31,759 nucleotides of DNA. It comes from Chloroflexota bacterium (GTDB taxonomy: Bacteria; Chloroflexota; Ktedonobacteria; Ktedonobacterales; Ktedonobacteraceae). The stretch lies in the NCBI GenBank assembly GCA_005882595.1, contig VBFM01000094.1, positions 1-31,759 of the forward strand, given 5' to 3'. The notes below the pieces were generated by a model that worked only from the letters and a program-made list of their open reading frames with translations, ran no database searches and had not been told where the DNA came from. A program made the position numbers and the translations under genes. This document shows, one piece after another, positions 8,367-17,265 of this stretch; position 1 is the stretch's first letter, and each line of letters starts with the position of its first letter.

Positions 8367-10442
8367 TTATTCCCCCTGCCAGATTTGTACGGTTGTATCC
8401 TGTGAGCCAGAAACAACCAGCGTCCCTGGGATAGATATCCATGCTACCGCGTCTACCACTGCCCCGTGACCCTTGTAGCTGTAAGGGTTGCTACCGTCGG
8501 TCGCTCCCCACACCTGTACCGTCCCATCTTTACTTGCGGAGGCAATGCGCGTCCCGTCGAGTGACCAGGCCAGACCATAGATGGCGTCGGTATGTCCTCC
8601 ATAGGTATAGACGGGAGTGCCACCAGCTACATCAGGCTTCCATACTCGCACCGTTTTATCCATGCCGCCAGAAGCGATATACGTTCCATCCGGCGACCAT
8701 GCGACCGCGTACACCACGTCGGAATGGCGTGAAAACGTGATGGGGTTGCTGCCGTCAGCGGCGTTCCATACCTGCACCGTTTTATCGGCGCTTCCTGATG
8801 CAATGCGCATACTATCGGGTGACCAGGCTACCGCCCATACCACGTCCATATGACCTGGATAGCCGAAAGGGCTGCTGCCATCGGCTGCCGTCCATACCTG
8901 CACCGTTTTGTCCGCGCTGCCAGAGGCAATGCGTGTCCCAGCGCGCGACCACGCGACCGCGTTGACCGCGGCAGTATGGCTCATGTAGGTGAATGCATTG
9001 CTGGCGTCGGCGGTCTTCCAGACCCTGACGGTTTTATCGTTGCTGCCTGAGACCACGTATTGTTCATCTGGCGACCAGGATACGGTGGTAACTGCATCCG
9101 TATGACCCACATAAGCAACCGCGTGTACGCCGCCTGTCGCCGTATCCCACACCTGTACGGTGGTATCTTTGGAGGCAGAAGCGATGTATTGCCCATTCAG
9201 AGAACTTGCGACACTTAAGACAATATCGTGATGCCCACGATAGGTATGGAAGGTTGTACCTATCGGAATAGGGGTAGGAGTAATCGTCGGAATTATCGTG
9301 GGTGTAGGCGCTGACTTCTGGATAGTGCGGTATTTGCTAACAAGCCAGGTGGCCGTTCCGCCCGCCGCTCCCAGCGCGGCCAGTCCTGCCAGCACAACGG
9401 TCCGCCTCGAAATGGCCGCTTTGCGCTCTTTATAGCGGGGAATCACCGGAAGCGCGTTGACGGCTGGCTGCTTTGCCAGCATGGTTGGCGCGTAGGGATT
9501 ATTCTCCCCTGTGGGCGTCAAGAGGTTTGTGCCGGATGAGTTCAAATGCAGTGGTTGGGAATGCATAGCGGCTTCAAAAGCGTAGGCGAAGTCCAGCGCG
9601 GACGGGAAACGCTGCGCCGGATCTTTGGCCAGAGCGCGCATCACCACGGCTTCAAGCGCGGGAGAAAGTTGAGGAATGCGCGCGCAGAGCGATGGAGGGG
9701 GCATATTGACATGCTGCGCCGCCACTTCGCCAAGTGATCCCTTGTAAGGGCATTCACCGCTCAGCCACTCATAGACCACGATGGCAAGCGAGTATTGATC
9801 GCTTGCCATGACGGGTTTCCCCTGCAATTGCTCTGGAGCCATGTAGGTGATCGTGCCAACGATCTCGCGGTCCGATTGCGAGTGGGTGCTAATCACAACG
9901 GCAATGCCAAAATCACTCAACAGGATCATGCCTTGTTCATCAATCAGCATGTTTTCCGGCTTGATATCACGATGGATAAAGCGTCGATCGTGGGCATACT
10001 GGAGAGCGTCGGCGACTTGTTTGATATAGGGAAGGATGACTGTAGGAGGAAGGGCTAGCCCTTTTGGGTGACGCTGGCGCAGAGTGCCGTTAGGCGCGTA
10101 ATCCATAACCAGAAAAGGCGTCCCGTCCTTGACATCAAAATCGTGGATGCTCACAATATGTGGATGCCGCAGGCGCGCCACAATACGGGCTTCTTTACGA
10201 AACTCTTCCAGGTCGTTGCTGTCCAACTGCGCGTGTAAGACCTTGATAGCGGCCAGGGTATTGAGGTGGATATGCACGCCGAGATAGACCTCGGCGAAGC
10301 CGCCTTCAGCAATCAGTTGAAGCAGGCGATAATTTCCCAGTAGCCTGGACCCCCCCTCAGGCATGAAGAGATGACCTTTGGCAAGCGACCCCGATATGCG
10401 TATTGTTGGGAAGTCTGGAGGCTGGGAGGATGCCTGGTCCAT
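8367..10442 (-). CDS. Ser/Thr protein kinase with transmembrane helix and WD40 beta-propeller
   Basis: Hanks motifs GGFAEVY, AAIK, HRDIKPEN, DFG, YMAPEQ, SDQYSLA; hydrophobic helix after SRR; seven GH...W..D...SGS.DKTVQVW repeats. Confidence 0.95.
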   Translation of the reverse strand: MDQASSQPPDFPTIRISGSLAKGHLFMPEGGSRLLGNYRLLQLIAEGGFAEVYLGVHIHLNTLAAIKVLHAQLDSNDLEEFRKEARIVARLRHPHIVSIHDFDVKDGTPFLVMDYAPNGTLRQRHPKGLALPPTVILPYIKQVADALQYAHDRRFIHRDIKPENMLIDEQGMILLSDFGIAVVISTHSQSDREIVGTITYMAPEQLQGKPVMASDQYSLAIVVYEWLSGECPYKGSLGEVAAQHVNMPPPSLCARIPQLSPALEAVVMRALAKDPAQRFPSALDFAYAFEAAMHSQPLHLNSSGTNLLTPTGENNPYAPTMLAKQPAVNALPVIPRYKERKAAISRRTVVLAGLAALGAAGGTATWLVSKYRTIQKSAPTPTIIPTITPTPIPIGTTFHTYRGHHDIVLSVASSLNGQYIASASKDTTVQVWDTATGGVHAVAYVGHTDAVTTVSWSPDEQYVVSGSNDKTVRVWKTADASNAFTYMSHTAAVNAVAWSRAGTRIASGSADKTVQVWTAADGSSPFGYPGHMDVVWAVAWSPDSMRIASGSADKTVQVWNAADGSNPITFSRHSDVVYAVAWSPDGTYIASGGMDKTVRVWKPDVAGGTPVYTYGGHTDAIYGLAWSLDGTRIASASKDGTVQVWGATDGSNPYSYKGHGAVVDAVAWISIPGTLVVSGSQDTTVQIWQGE

Positions 10443-10483
10443 AACATCACCTCAACGCCTACTCTTCTGATATGGAATCACCT

Positions 10484-10720
10484 CTATTGAGGAATCAATG
10501 TGCCGAGCAGAGCAACTGCTGCAAAAATGATCACAAAGACGATGGTGATATTAAAAACCAGGCGCTCAACGCCGCGCCGTGTCTTGAACACTGAACCAGA
10601 GCTGCTGCCGAAGGCGCTCCCCAGGCCTGCTCCACGCACCTGGAGAAGGATAAAGAAGATAACAGCTATGCTCAGAATAATTTCAATGATGCGGATTGCT
10701 GGAAGCCATTGTGAAGCCAA
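10484..10720 (-). CDS. secG: Preprotein translocase subunit SecG
   Basis: 78 aa, two TM helices, ILLQVRGAGLGSAFGSS...FKTRRGVER motif; TTG start with RBS. Confidence 0.9.
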   Translation of the reverse strand: MASQWLPAIRIIEIILSIAVIFFILLQVRGAGLGSAFGSSSGSVFKTRRGVERLVFNITIVFVIIFAAVALLGTLIPQ

Positions 10721-10839
10721 ATTCTTCCTCCATGATTCTATAATTCACCTGGCATGCAGGGAATATACAGTAACATCTACCTTGTACAGTCAGGGATTAT
10801 ATCATACCGACAGGGCGGAGACAAGCCCAGCCCTGTTCG

Positions 10840-11382
10840 TCATATGGCTGTTTTGGTAGCGGCGCTATGCGCCTGTTCGTGACAGGAAGGACACAACACC
10901 ACATAATGGCGCGGCGCGTAGCGTTCAAGCAGGTTGCTGGCAACGCGTACTGTATGCAGTTGCAATGCCCGCTCCTCTTTCCCGCAAGCGGAACATTTAC
11001 CCTGTGCCCGTTCACTTAGCGACTGCTTCAAAGTGCGCATCTGTGTGACGTGGATGAAATCCAGGCTGACATGAAAGAGCAGGCCCGCCAGGATGAGTAG
11101 AAGTAACCGCGAGCGGAGACGCAGGGCTACGAAGAGCAGCGCTCCCAACACGATAGGATGATGAAGAAACTTGGCTGCTGGCCTCTGTGGTGGATCAGCC
11201 TGTCCAAAATAGCGCATGGCTGCGCGCAAACTCAGTGTGCGGTGTGTTACCGCGAACCATAGATAATGATCGACATCTATCCCAATACTGGCAACCAGAG
11301 GAATCAAGACATCTTGTTTCAACCAGGGCCAGGCGGCCGCCGCTCCTATTGCCGATAATTTCACATGTTCCTGTATTCGCAT
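10840..11382 (-). CDS. Membrane-bound metal-dependent hydrolase-like (YdjM-type) protein with C-terminal HNH-like zinc domain
   Basis: H, DVDH, HH and HVSLD motifs in hydrophobic context; C-terminal CSAC...LHT...VLCPSCHEQAH; ATG 11382 has an AAAGGA RBS. Confidence 0.6.
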   Translation of the reverse strand: MRIQEHVKLSAIGAAAAWPWLKQDVLIPLVASIGIDVDHYLWFAVTHRTLSLRAAMRYFGQADPPQRPAAKFLHHPIVLGALLFVALRLRSRLLLLILAGLLFHVSLDFIHVTQMRTLKQSLSERAQGKCSACGKEERALQLHTVRVASNLLERYAPRHYVVLCPSCHEQAHSAATKTAI

Positions 11383-11689
11383 ACACATCCTTTCCGGGGA
11401 AATTGTTGTCATCTCTCGTTCTTTTCAGATATCAGGGGTACATGCAAACATGGGCATCCACCCGTACCTGGCAAGGAGAGTATAAAACGTGGCAGGAGTA
11501 TGGTCAATAAACCAGGCTAGACAAATTCATAACTGCATTCTTGTATTTATAACCATTTCTTAACCAAATATCTATCCAGGCCATACTATTTCAATGGTAC
11601 TCTGATCTCTATCTCATTGAGATTGATGCGCATACTGAGCATCTGCAAAAGTATCAATTCTATCTATCCCTATACATCTCACAAAGGAG

Positions 11690-13096
11690 ATGCCCTACAT
11701 GGCGGCGAATACTATCAGCGACCCACATACGGAATTGGTGAAGGACCCTGTCGTGGAAGAGGAAAATGAAGAGGTTATCAGGTGTAGTATTGGAATTATG
11801 GCATATAACGAGGAAGCCAATATTGAGCGTACTCTGCAATCGGTACTCGAACAGACTGGCCCGTCCATCCATATCGACGAGGTGATCGTTGTCGCCAGTG
11901 GTTGTACTGATCGCACGGTTCCCATCGTCGCCGAGATGGCTTTACAAGAGCCTCGTATACACCTGTGTGTGCAAGAAAAGCGCGAAGGAAAAGCCTCTGC
12001 CATTAATCTTTTTCTGAAACAGGCTATCAGCCCGGTGGTTGTGCTGATCGGTGCGGATATCATTCCAGAGATCTCTGCAATCGAACACCTGTGTTCGCCG
12101 TTCAAAGGCCTTTCCATTGGCATGGTTGGTGGGCGTCCGGTGCCGATCAATGACCCGGACACCATGATGGGTCACGCGGTGCATTTGCTCTGGCGTTTGC
12201 ACGACCGCGTAGCCCGCGTGCATCCGAAACTGGGTGAAGTGATCGCTTTCCGCAATGTCATTTCCGGTATTCCCACCGATAGCGCGGTTGATGAAATTTC
12301 CATTCAGGCTTTGATCACACAGCTTGGCTACAAGTTGATTTACGAGCCAGCATGCGTCGTTTATAACAAAGGCCCCGTCACGGTGCGCGATTTTCTCAAG
12401 CAGCGCCGCCGTATCTATGCCGGTCACCTCAAGGTTTTGAAGCAGCAGAATTACGAAGCTTCGACTATGAAGGTCAGCCCCATTTTCCGCCAGTTGATTT
12501 CATGTCGCCATTTCGCGCTCAGTACGCCCAAACAGGTCATCTGGACGCTGATTGCGATGACGCTCGAGTGCTACGCGCGCGTGCAGGGCCACTACGACTA
12601 CTGGCGCAAACGCGAGCACCACATCTGGCAGGCCGTCTCTTCTACCAAAGATTTAGAGGAAGGCGAGTTTAAAATGCGCCGTATCTGTAACGCGCAAAGT
12701 GTCATTGTGTTCCGCCTGTTACTTGAAGGGGCAAAGCACAATGATGTTCAGCGGGAACGCGAGGATCGCGAGGCGAATGAGGCGGCGCGCAAACTCTTGC
12801 CCATCTTGCGCAACGAAATTCGCAAAGAGGACAAACTCTCGATCAATGGCCCTGGCATCATGACCGCCGTCATTCGTGCCGAGCAGCAAGGCGCGGAATT
12901 GCTGGCCCAGCGTATTAAAAAGGCGGTCGAAGCCGCTCCTGTGCGTGTAGGTTCGCGTGGTCGCGAGGTAAAGGTCACGGTGGCTTATAGCTCACTCACC
13001 TTCGCTTCACAGGCCTCCAATGGGGAAATGACAGTCAGCGGTCCACATATCAATGAGGCGGTGATGGCGGCAATTGTTACTAATGCTGGGGAGTAA
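11690..13096 (+). CDS. Glycosyltransferase family 2 with C-terminal degenerate GGDEF-like domain
   Basis: SIGIMAYNEE, VVASGCTDRT, GKASAIN, VDE, LKQRRR (QxxRW-like); C-terminal IRKEDKL...AELLAQRIKKAV...VTVAYS pattern. Confidence 0.8.
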   Translation: MPYMAANTISDPHTELVKDPVVEEENEEVIRCSIGIMAYNEEANIERTLQSVLEQTGPSIHIDEVIVVASGCTDRTVPIVAEMALQEPRIHLCVQEKREGKASAINLFLKQAISPVVVLIGADIIPEISAIEHLCSPFKGLSIGMVGGRPVPINDPDTMMGHAVHLLWRLHDRVARVHPKLGEVIAFRNVISGIPTDSAVDEISIQALITQLGYKLIYEPACVVYNKGPVTVRDFLKQRRRIYAGHLKVLKQQNYEASTMKVSPIFRQLISCRHFALSTPKQVIWTLIAMTLECYARVQGHYDYWRKREHHIWQAVSSTKDLEEGEFKMRRICNAQSVIVFRLLLEGAKHNDVQREREDREANEAARKLLPILRNEIRKEDKLSINGPGIMTAVIRAEQQGAELLAQRIKKAVEAAPVRVGSRGREVKVTVAYSSLTFASQASNGEMTVSGPHINEAVMAAIVTNAGE

Positions 13097-13152
13097 GTAA
13101 TCCAGGCGGTCGCGAGAGGTGCGCCTGGAGCTCAAAATCATTGCCTATCCTC

Positions 13153-13181
13153 TTGTAGAACACCTATCCCTATGGTATAAT
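13153..13181 (+). promoter_or_regulatory. Putative sigma70 promoter for the MBL hydrolase gene (possibly also pyrG)
   Basis: TTGTAG (13153-13158), 17 bp, TATAAT (13176-13181) with a TGn extension. Confidence 0.6.
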
Positions 13182-13244
13182 AAGTGTCGGGCGAGGACGT
13201 TGGTCCCCGCCCGACTTTATTGAGAAAAGCGAATCTACAACTAC

Positions 13245-13898
13245 ATGGAAATTTCCTGGCTTGGCCACTCGTGCTTTATGCTGCGTGGCAAGAACGTTAC
13301 CCTGATCGCCGATCCCTTTTCTCCTCAGCTAGGACACCCGCAAGGGGAACCTCTCAAGCTGGGCAAGGTCAATGCCCCCATCGTTACCATCAGCCATAAT
13401 CATCCTGGACACAATTTTGCCGAAGGCGTTGGTGGTAATCCTCGTGTGGTGCGTGGCCCTGGCGAATATGAGATCAGTGATGTTTTGATAACAGGCGTCG
13501 CTTCCTATCATGATAACAAACGCGGCGCCGAACGCGGACGCAATACCATTTATGTCATTCATATGGATGACCTTGTGATCTGTCACCTGGGAGACCTCGG
13601 CCATACACTGCAAGAAGAGCAGCTTGAAGAAGTTGCCGATGCTGATGTTTTGTTAGTTCCTATCAGTGGACAACATGTCCTCAATGCAGCGCAGGCCGCC
13701 GAGGTTATCAGCCAGGTTGAACCCCGCATCGTCATTCCTATGCATTATCCATCAGGTGAAACGCCGAATCCACTGGATAAGTTTTGCCGTGAGATGGGTA
13801 TCGAGGCGATTAATTCACAGTCAAAGTTGGTTATTACACATAGTACTTTGCCCGCGGAAACGCAGGTCGTCGTCCTTTCGAAGCGCGGCGCAAGCTGA
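13245..13898 (+). CDS. Metallo-beta-lactamase-fold Zn-dependent hydrolase
   Basis: WLGHSCF, TISHNHPGHN, CHLGDLGH, IPMHY motifs. Confidence 0.9.
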   Translation: MEISWLGHSCFMLRGKNVTLIADPFSPQLGHPQGEPLKLGKVNAPIVTISHNHPGHNFAEGVGGNPRVVRGPGEYEISDVLITGVASYHDNKRGAERGRNTIYVIHMDDLVICHLGDLGHTLQEEQLEEVADADVLLVPISGQHVLNAAQAAEVISQVEPRIVIPMHYPSGETPNPLDKFCREMGIEAINSQSKLVITHSTLPAETQVVVLSKRGAS

Positions 13899-13960
13899 TT
13901 CGACCGGATGACCCGAGGCGCTGTCACGTAGTGCTGACGCGCAGTGTCGTTTCCGATCAG

Positions 13961-14094
13961 AATACTACCTTGCCGACTGCCTAAGCCGCAGGCTAGCACG
14001 CAGTGCGTTGGCAGTCGGAAGAAGAGGAATACTACCTTGCCGACTGCCTGACACGCAGTGTAGAACACAGTGCGTTGGCAGTCGGAAGAAGAGG
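13961..14094 (+). repeat. Hairpin element family H, two tandem 67-bp copies (B1 13961-14027, B2 14028-14094)
   Basis: Units are 60/67 identical; each carries a ccgactgcc/ggcagtcgg stem. Confidence 0.9.
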
Positions 14095-14116
14095 AAAAAG
14101 AGACCAGGAGGACAGC

Positions 14117-15817
14117 ATGTCCAAATTCATTTTTGTTACGGGTGGTGTGGCATCTTCGGTAGGAAAGGGTATCACGGTCGCCTCTCTGGGCCGCTTGCTC
14201 AAGAATCGCGGAGTCTCGGTCGCCCTTATGAAGTTAGACCCTTACATCAATGTTGATCCAGGTACGATGTCGCCTTATCAGCATGGTGAGGTCTTTGTCA
14301 CCGATGATGGAGCGGAAACCGATCTTGATCTTGGCCACTACGAGCGTTTTACCGACGAGCCAGCATACCAGGCAAATAATGTAACAACGGGACAGGTCTA
14401 CGCTGCCGTTATTGGCAAGGAGCGCCGTGGCGAATATCTGGGAGGCACCATCCAGGTGATCCCCCATATCACCAATGAGATCAAGGAGCGCATCCATAAC
14501 GTTGCGCGTCAATCCGACGCGGATGTCGTGATTGTCGAAGTAGGCGGCACTGTCGGCGATATCGAGGGCGAGCCGTTTCTGGAGGCTATTCGCCAGATGC
14601 GTAAAGATGTAGGGCGTCGAGATGTACTGTATATGCACGTCACTCTATTGCCCTATCTGATGGCAACCAAAGAACTGAAAACCAAGCCAACCCAGCACAT
14701 TCAACCCGATGTGATCCTATGCCGTTCTGACTATCCCTTGAGCGACGACTTGCGCGAGAAAATTGCGCTCTTCTGCAATATCGAAGAACGCGCCGTTGTT
14801 CCCTTGCTCACTACCGAAACGATCTATGAGGTTCCACTCATCCTGGAAGAGGCGGGTCTGGGTGAATACCTTGTGCAGGAACTCAGTTTGCCCAAACACG
14901 AGCCTCAGATGCAGGAATGGCGCGAACTGGTTGCCAGGATCAAGCATCCTCGCCCGGAGCTGGTTATCGGGCTGATAGGCAAATACGTCGAACTGCATGA
15001 TGCATACCTCTCCGTGGCGGAGAGCTTGCGCCATGCCGGTTGGCATCATGGTGTCGATGTGCGTATCAAATGGATTAACTCCGAGGCCCTGGAAAAGATG
15101 GGCGAGGGCTATACGGAATTGCTGGAGGATGTTGCAGGCATTGTCGTACCCGGTGGTTTCGGTCATCGTGGTATCGAGGGCAAGATTAAAGCCGCCAACT
15201 TCGCTCGCCGCACGGGTACGCCCTATCTCGGACTCTGTCTGGGCCTGCAGGTCGCGGTGATCGAGTTTGCCCGCAATGTGCTGGGATTGACCGGTGCAAA
15301 TAGCACCGAATTTGATCCTCAGACTCCCTATCCCGTCATCGATTTAATGCCTACCCAGCGGCAAGTGGCGGATAAAGGTGGTACAATGCGTCTGGGGAAC
15401 TGGGTGTGTTGCCTGACCCCTGGCACTCGGGCCTATGAAGCCTACGGTGAGGCCATCGTGTTTGAGCGCCACCGTCATCGTTATGAATTCAACAACGAAT
15501 ATCGTAAACGTATGGAGGCGCATGGTGTGAAGGTTAGCGGTCGCTCGGCTGATAATAGCCTGGTGGAGATCATCGAACTGGCGCATCATCCCTGGTTCGT
15601 CGCTTCGCAATTCCATCCGGAGTTTAAGAGCCGTCCTACTCGTCCTCATCCGCTCTTCCGAGATTTTGTGGGCGCGTGCCTGCAGGGGGAAGAAGAGAAA
15701 CAGCGCGCAGCGTACGAGGCATTTGAACGCCAGGTAGTAGGAGCTTCGGCGGAGCTTGCTGAACATGCTTCCATGCACCATACATCCGATATGCCGGATT
15801 CTCGCATCGAGAAGTAG
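14117..15817 (+). CDS. pyrG: CTP synthase, with an apparent in-frame ~9-codon deletion after KTKPTQH
   Basis: [45 protein letters not shown] nucleophile, RHRHRYE, QFHPEF; ATG 14117 has a GGAGG RBS. Confidence 0.97.
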   Translation: MSKFIFVTGGVASSVGKGITVASLGRLLKNRGVSVALMKLDPYINVDPGTMSPYQHGEVFVTDDGAETDLDLGHYERFTDEPAYQANNVTTGQVYAAVIGKERRGEYLGGTIQVIPHITNEIKERIHNVARQSDADVVIVEVGGTVGDIEGEPFLEAIRQMRKDVGRRDVLYMHVTLLPYLMATKELKTKPTQHIQPDVILCRSDYPLSDDLREKIALFCNIEERAVVPLLTTETIYEVPLILEEAGLGEYLVQELSLPKHEPQMQEWRELVARIKHPRPELVIGLIGKYVELHDAYLSVAESLRHAGWHHGVDVRIKWINSEALEKMGEGYTELLEDVAGIVVPGGFGHRGIEGKIKAANFARRTGTPYLGLCLGLQVAVIEFARNVLGLTGANSTEFDPQTPYPVIDLMPTQRQVADKGGTMRLGNWVCCLTPGTRAYEAYGEAIVFERHRHRYEFNNEYRKRMEAHGVKVSGRSADNSLVEIIELAHHPWFVASQFHPEFKSRPTRPHPLFRDFVGACLQGEEEKQRAAYEAFERQVVGASAELAEHASMHHTSDMPDSRIEK

Positions 15818-15819
15818 CA

Positions 15820-17172
15820 ATGATGTACCTGAGCCAACTACTCGGCACCCCTGTCGAGGACCCGCAGGGAGTGCGAGTAGGTAAAATCATCGATATCGTC
15901 ACCCCGGTAGGGACGCGATCTAGCACGCCCACTACCTCATCCACTCCTGCAATTTCTTCACTCTCTACTCCTTCATCCATCCCCACGTTAGTAGTTGAAG
16001 GCCAGGCCGGTCAATCGTGGTATGTGCCTATAGAGGATGTGGAATGGAATGGCAACATCTTACGTCTGCACGTACCGGTCGATCAACTTCCAACGCGACC
16101 AACCGAACCGCATGAAGTGAGCCTGGCGCAGGAAGTGCTTGATAAACAGGTCATCGATGTTGAGCATAAAAAGGCCGTGCGTGTGAACGATGTCTGCTTG
16201 AGCGACGACTGGCGTATTTTGGGTATTGATAACAGCACGCTAGGGTTAGTGCGCCGTCTCGCACCATCCTGGTTACTCGGCGCGAGGAGCAAGCGTGCCT
16301 CCACCACGCTCATTCCCTGGGAACATATTGAACTGATTAGCGCGCAACCGGTTGAGGAAGAGGCTCGCGCCGACACGGGCGCGATAAACCAGGCCTCTAC
16401 ATCGTCAACCTCGCGCGTTGGACGCCCACAGAGTGGTCAGCTAGCCGAGCTGCATCCGGCAGATATCGCTGATATCGTGCATCAACTCACCCCTGGACAA
16501 GGGGCGCGCCTGCTGGAGGGACTGGACGACGAAACCGCCGCCGACACCCTGGAAGAAATCGACACGGAGCGCCAGAGCCATATCCTTGAAAATATTGACC
16601 CGGAACGCGCCGCCGATATCCTGGAAGAGATGGAACCCGACGAAGCCGCCGACTTACTCGCTCGCTTGCCGGAGGAACGTGCGCAGCAACTCCTGCGCTT
16701 GATGAATCCAGAAGAGTCTGAGGATGTGCAGGAATTGCTCGAATACGAAGAAGATACAGCAGGTGGCCTCATGACCACGGACTTCGTGGTGATCGATGCT
16801 ACAAAGAGCGCAGGAGATGCATTAGAAGCAGCGCGCTTCAATATTCGCGAGAAGGATGTACGTGTCGCCTATGTGTACTGCATCGCGGATGAGGAAAAAG
16901 AAGATTATACACTGCTGGGCGTCGTTTCCCTGTGGGATTTACTGATAGCCGACCCGGCCCAGCCCTTGCAAGAACTCATGGAGACCGATCTTATCACCGT
17001 ACAGCCCGATACTGACCCACGCACCGTTGCCGAAATCATGGCGAAATACAATCTCCTCGCCGTCCCCGTCGTGAACGAGGAGCGCGTTATCGAAGGCGTC
17101 GTGATGGTGGATGATGCTCTGGATGTGCTGCTACCTGACGAGAGGCGCCGGAAGCCTACCAGGATGTATTAG
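15820..17172 (+). CDS. MgtE-like cytoplasmic protein (PRC-barrel + MgtE N-terminal + CBS pair), no membrane domain
   Basis: PRC-like YLSQLLGTPVEDPQGVRVGKI, LHPADIADI, YEEDTAGGLMTT, KYNLLAVPVV...DDALDVL; no hydrophobic C-terminal region. Confidence 0.85.
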   Translation: MMYLSQLLGTPVEDPQGVRVGKIIDIVTPVGTRSSTPTTSSTPAISSLSTPSSIPTLVVEGQAGQSWYVPIEDVEWNGNILRLHVPVDQLPTRPTEPHEVSLAQEVLDKQVIDVEHKKAVRVNDVCLSDDWRILGIDNSTLGLVRRLAPSWLLGARSKRASTTLIPWEHIELISAQPVEEEARADTGAINQASTSSTSRVGRPQSGQLAELHPADIADIVHQLTPGQGARLLEGLDDETAADTLEEIDTERQSHILENIDPERAADILEEMEPDEAADLLARLPEERAQQLLRLMNPEESEDVQELLEYEEDTAGGLMTTDFVVIDATKSAGDALEAARFNIREKDVRVAYVYCIADEEKEDYTLLGVVSLWDLLIADPAQPLQELMETDLITVQPDTDPRTVAEIMAKYNLLAVPVVNEERVIEGVVMVDDALDVLLPDERRRKPTRMY

Positions 17173-17265
17173 TATTGCTCTCCCCTCCATTTTTTCTGCC
17201 TCTTTCGATTTCTTACTTTCCGCTTTTCTCTGGAATGGATGTATCTATTCATTAAGAGGAAAGGC

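Noticed and set aside
10443-10483. tRNA expected near secG
   Set aside because: The gap is only 41 bp; no cloverleaf, T-loop or CCA pattern was seen here or in other intergenic regions.
13896-13960. Possible degenerate extra copy of the family-H hairpin (cacgtagtgc, cgcagtgt)
   Set aside because: Only short motif matches and a weak stem; cannot be aligned to the consensus with confidence.
13961-14094. Possible mini-CRISPR array (conserved flanks with a variable middle)
   Set aside because: Only two units; the 18-bp variable parts are 11/18 identical to each other and lie inside a hairpin; no cas genes in the window.
14003-14116. N-terminal extension of PyrG suggested by the ORF track
   Set aside because: It runs through the hairpin repeats; ATG 14117 has a GGAGG RBS and gives the canonical [10 protein letters not shown] start. 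The same reasoning applies to the extended starts for cax (3135), rpn (17280), greA (20626), the hydrolase (22116), panC (22147) and the phosphorylase (24006).
17173-17232. Polypyrimidine tract after the MgtE-like gene as a terminator
   Set aside because: No GC-rich stem precedes it, so it cannot be called an intrinsic terminator.
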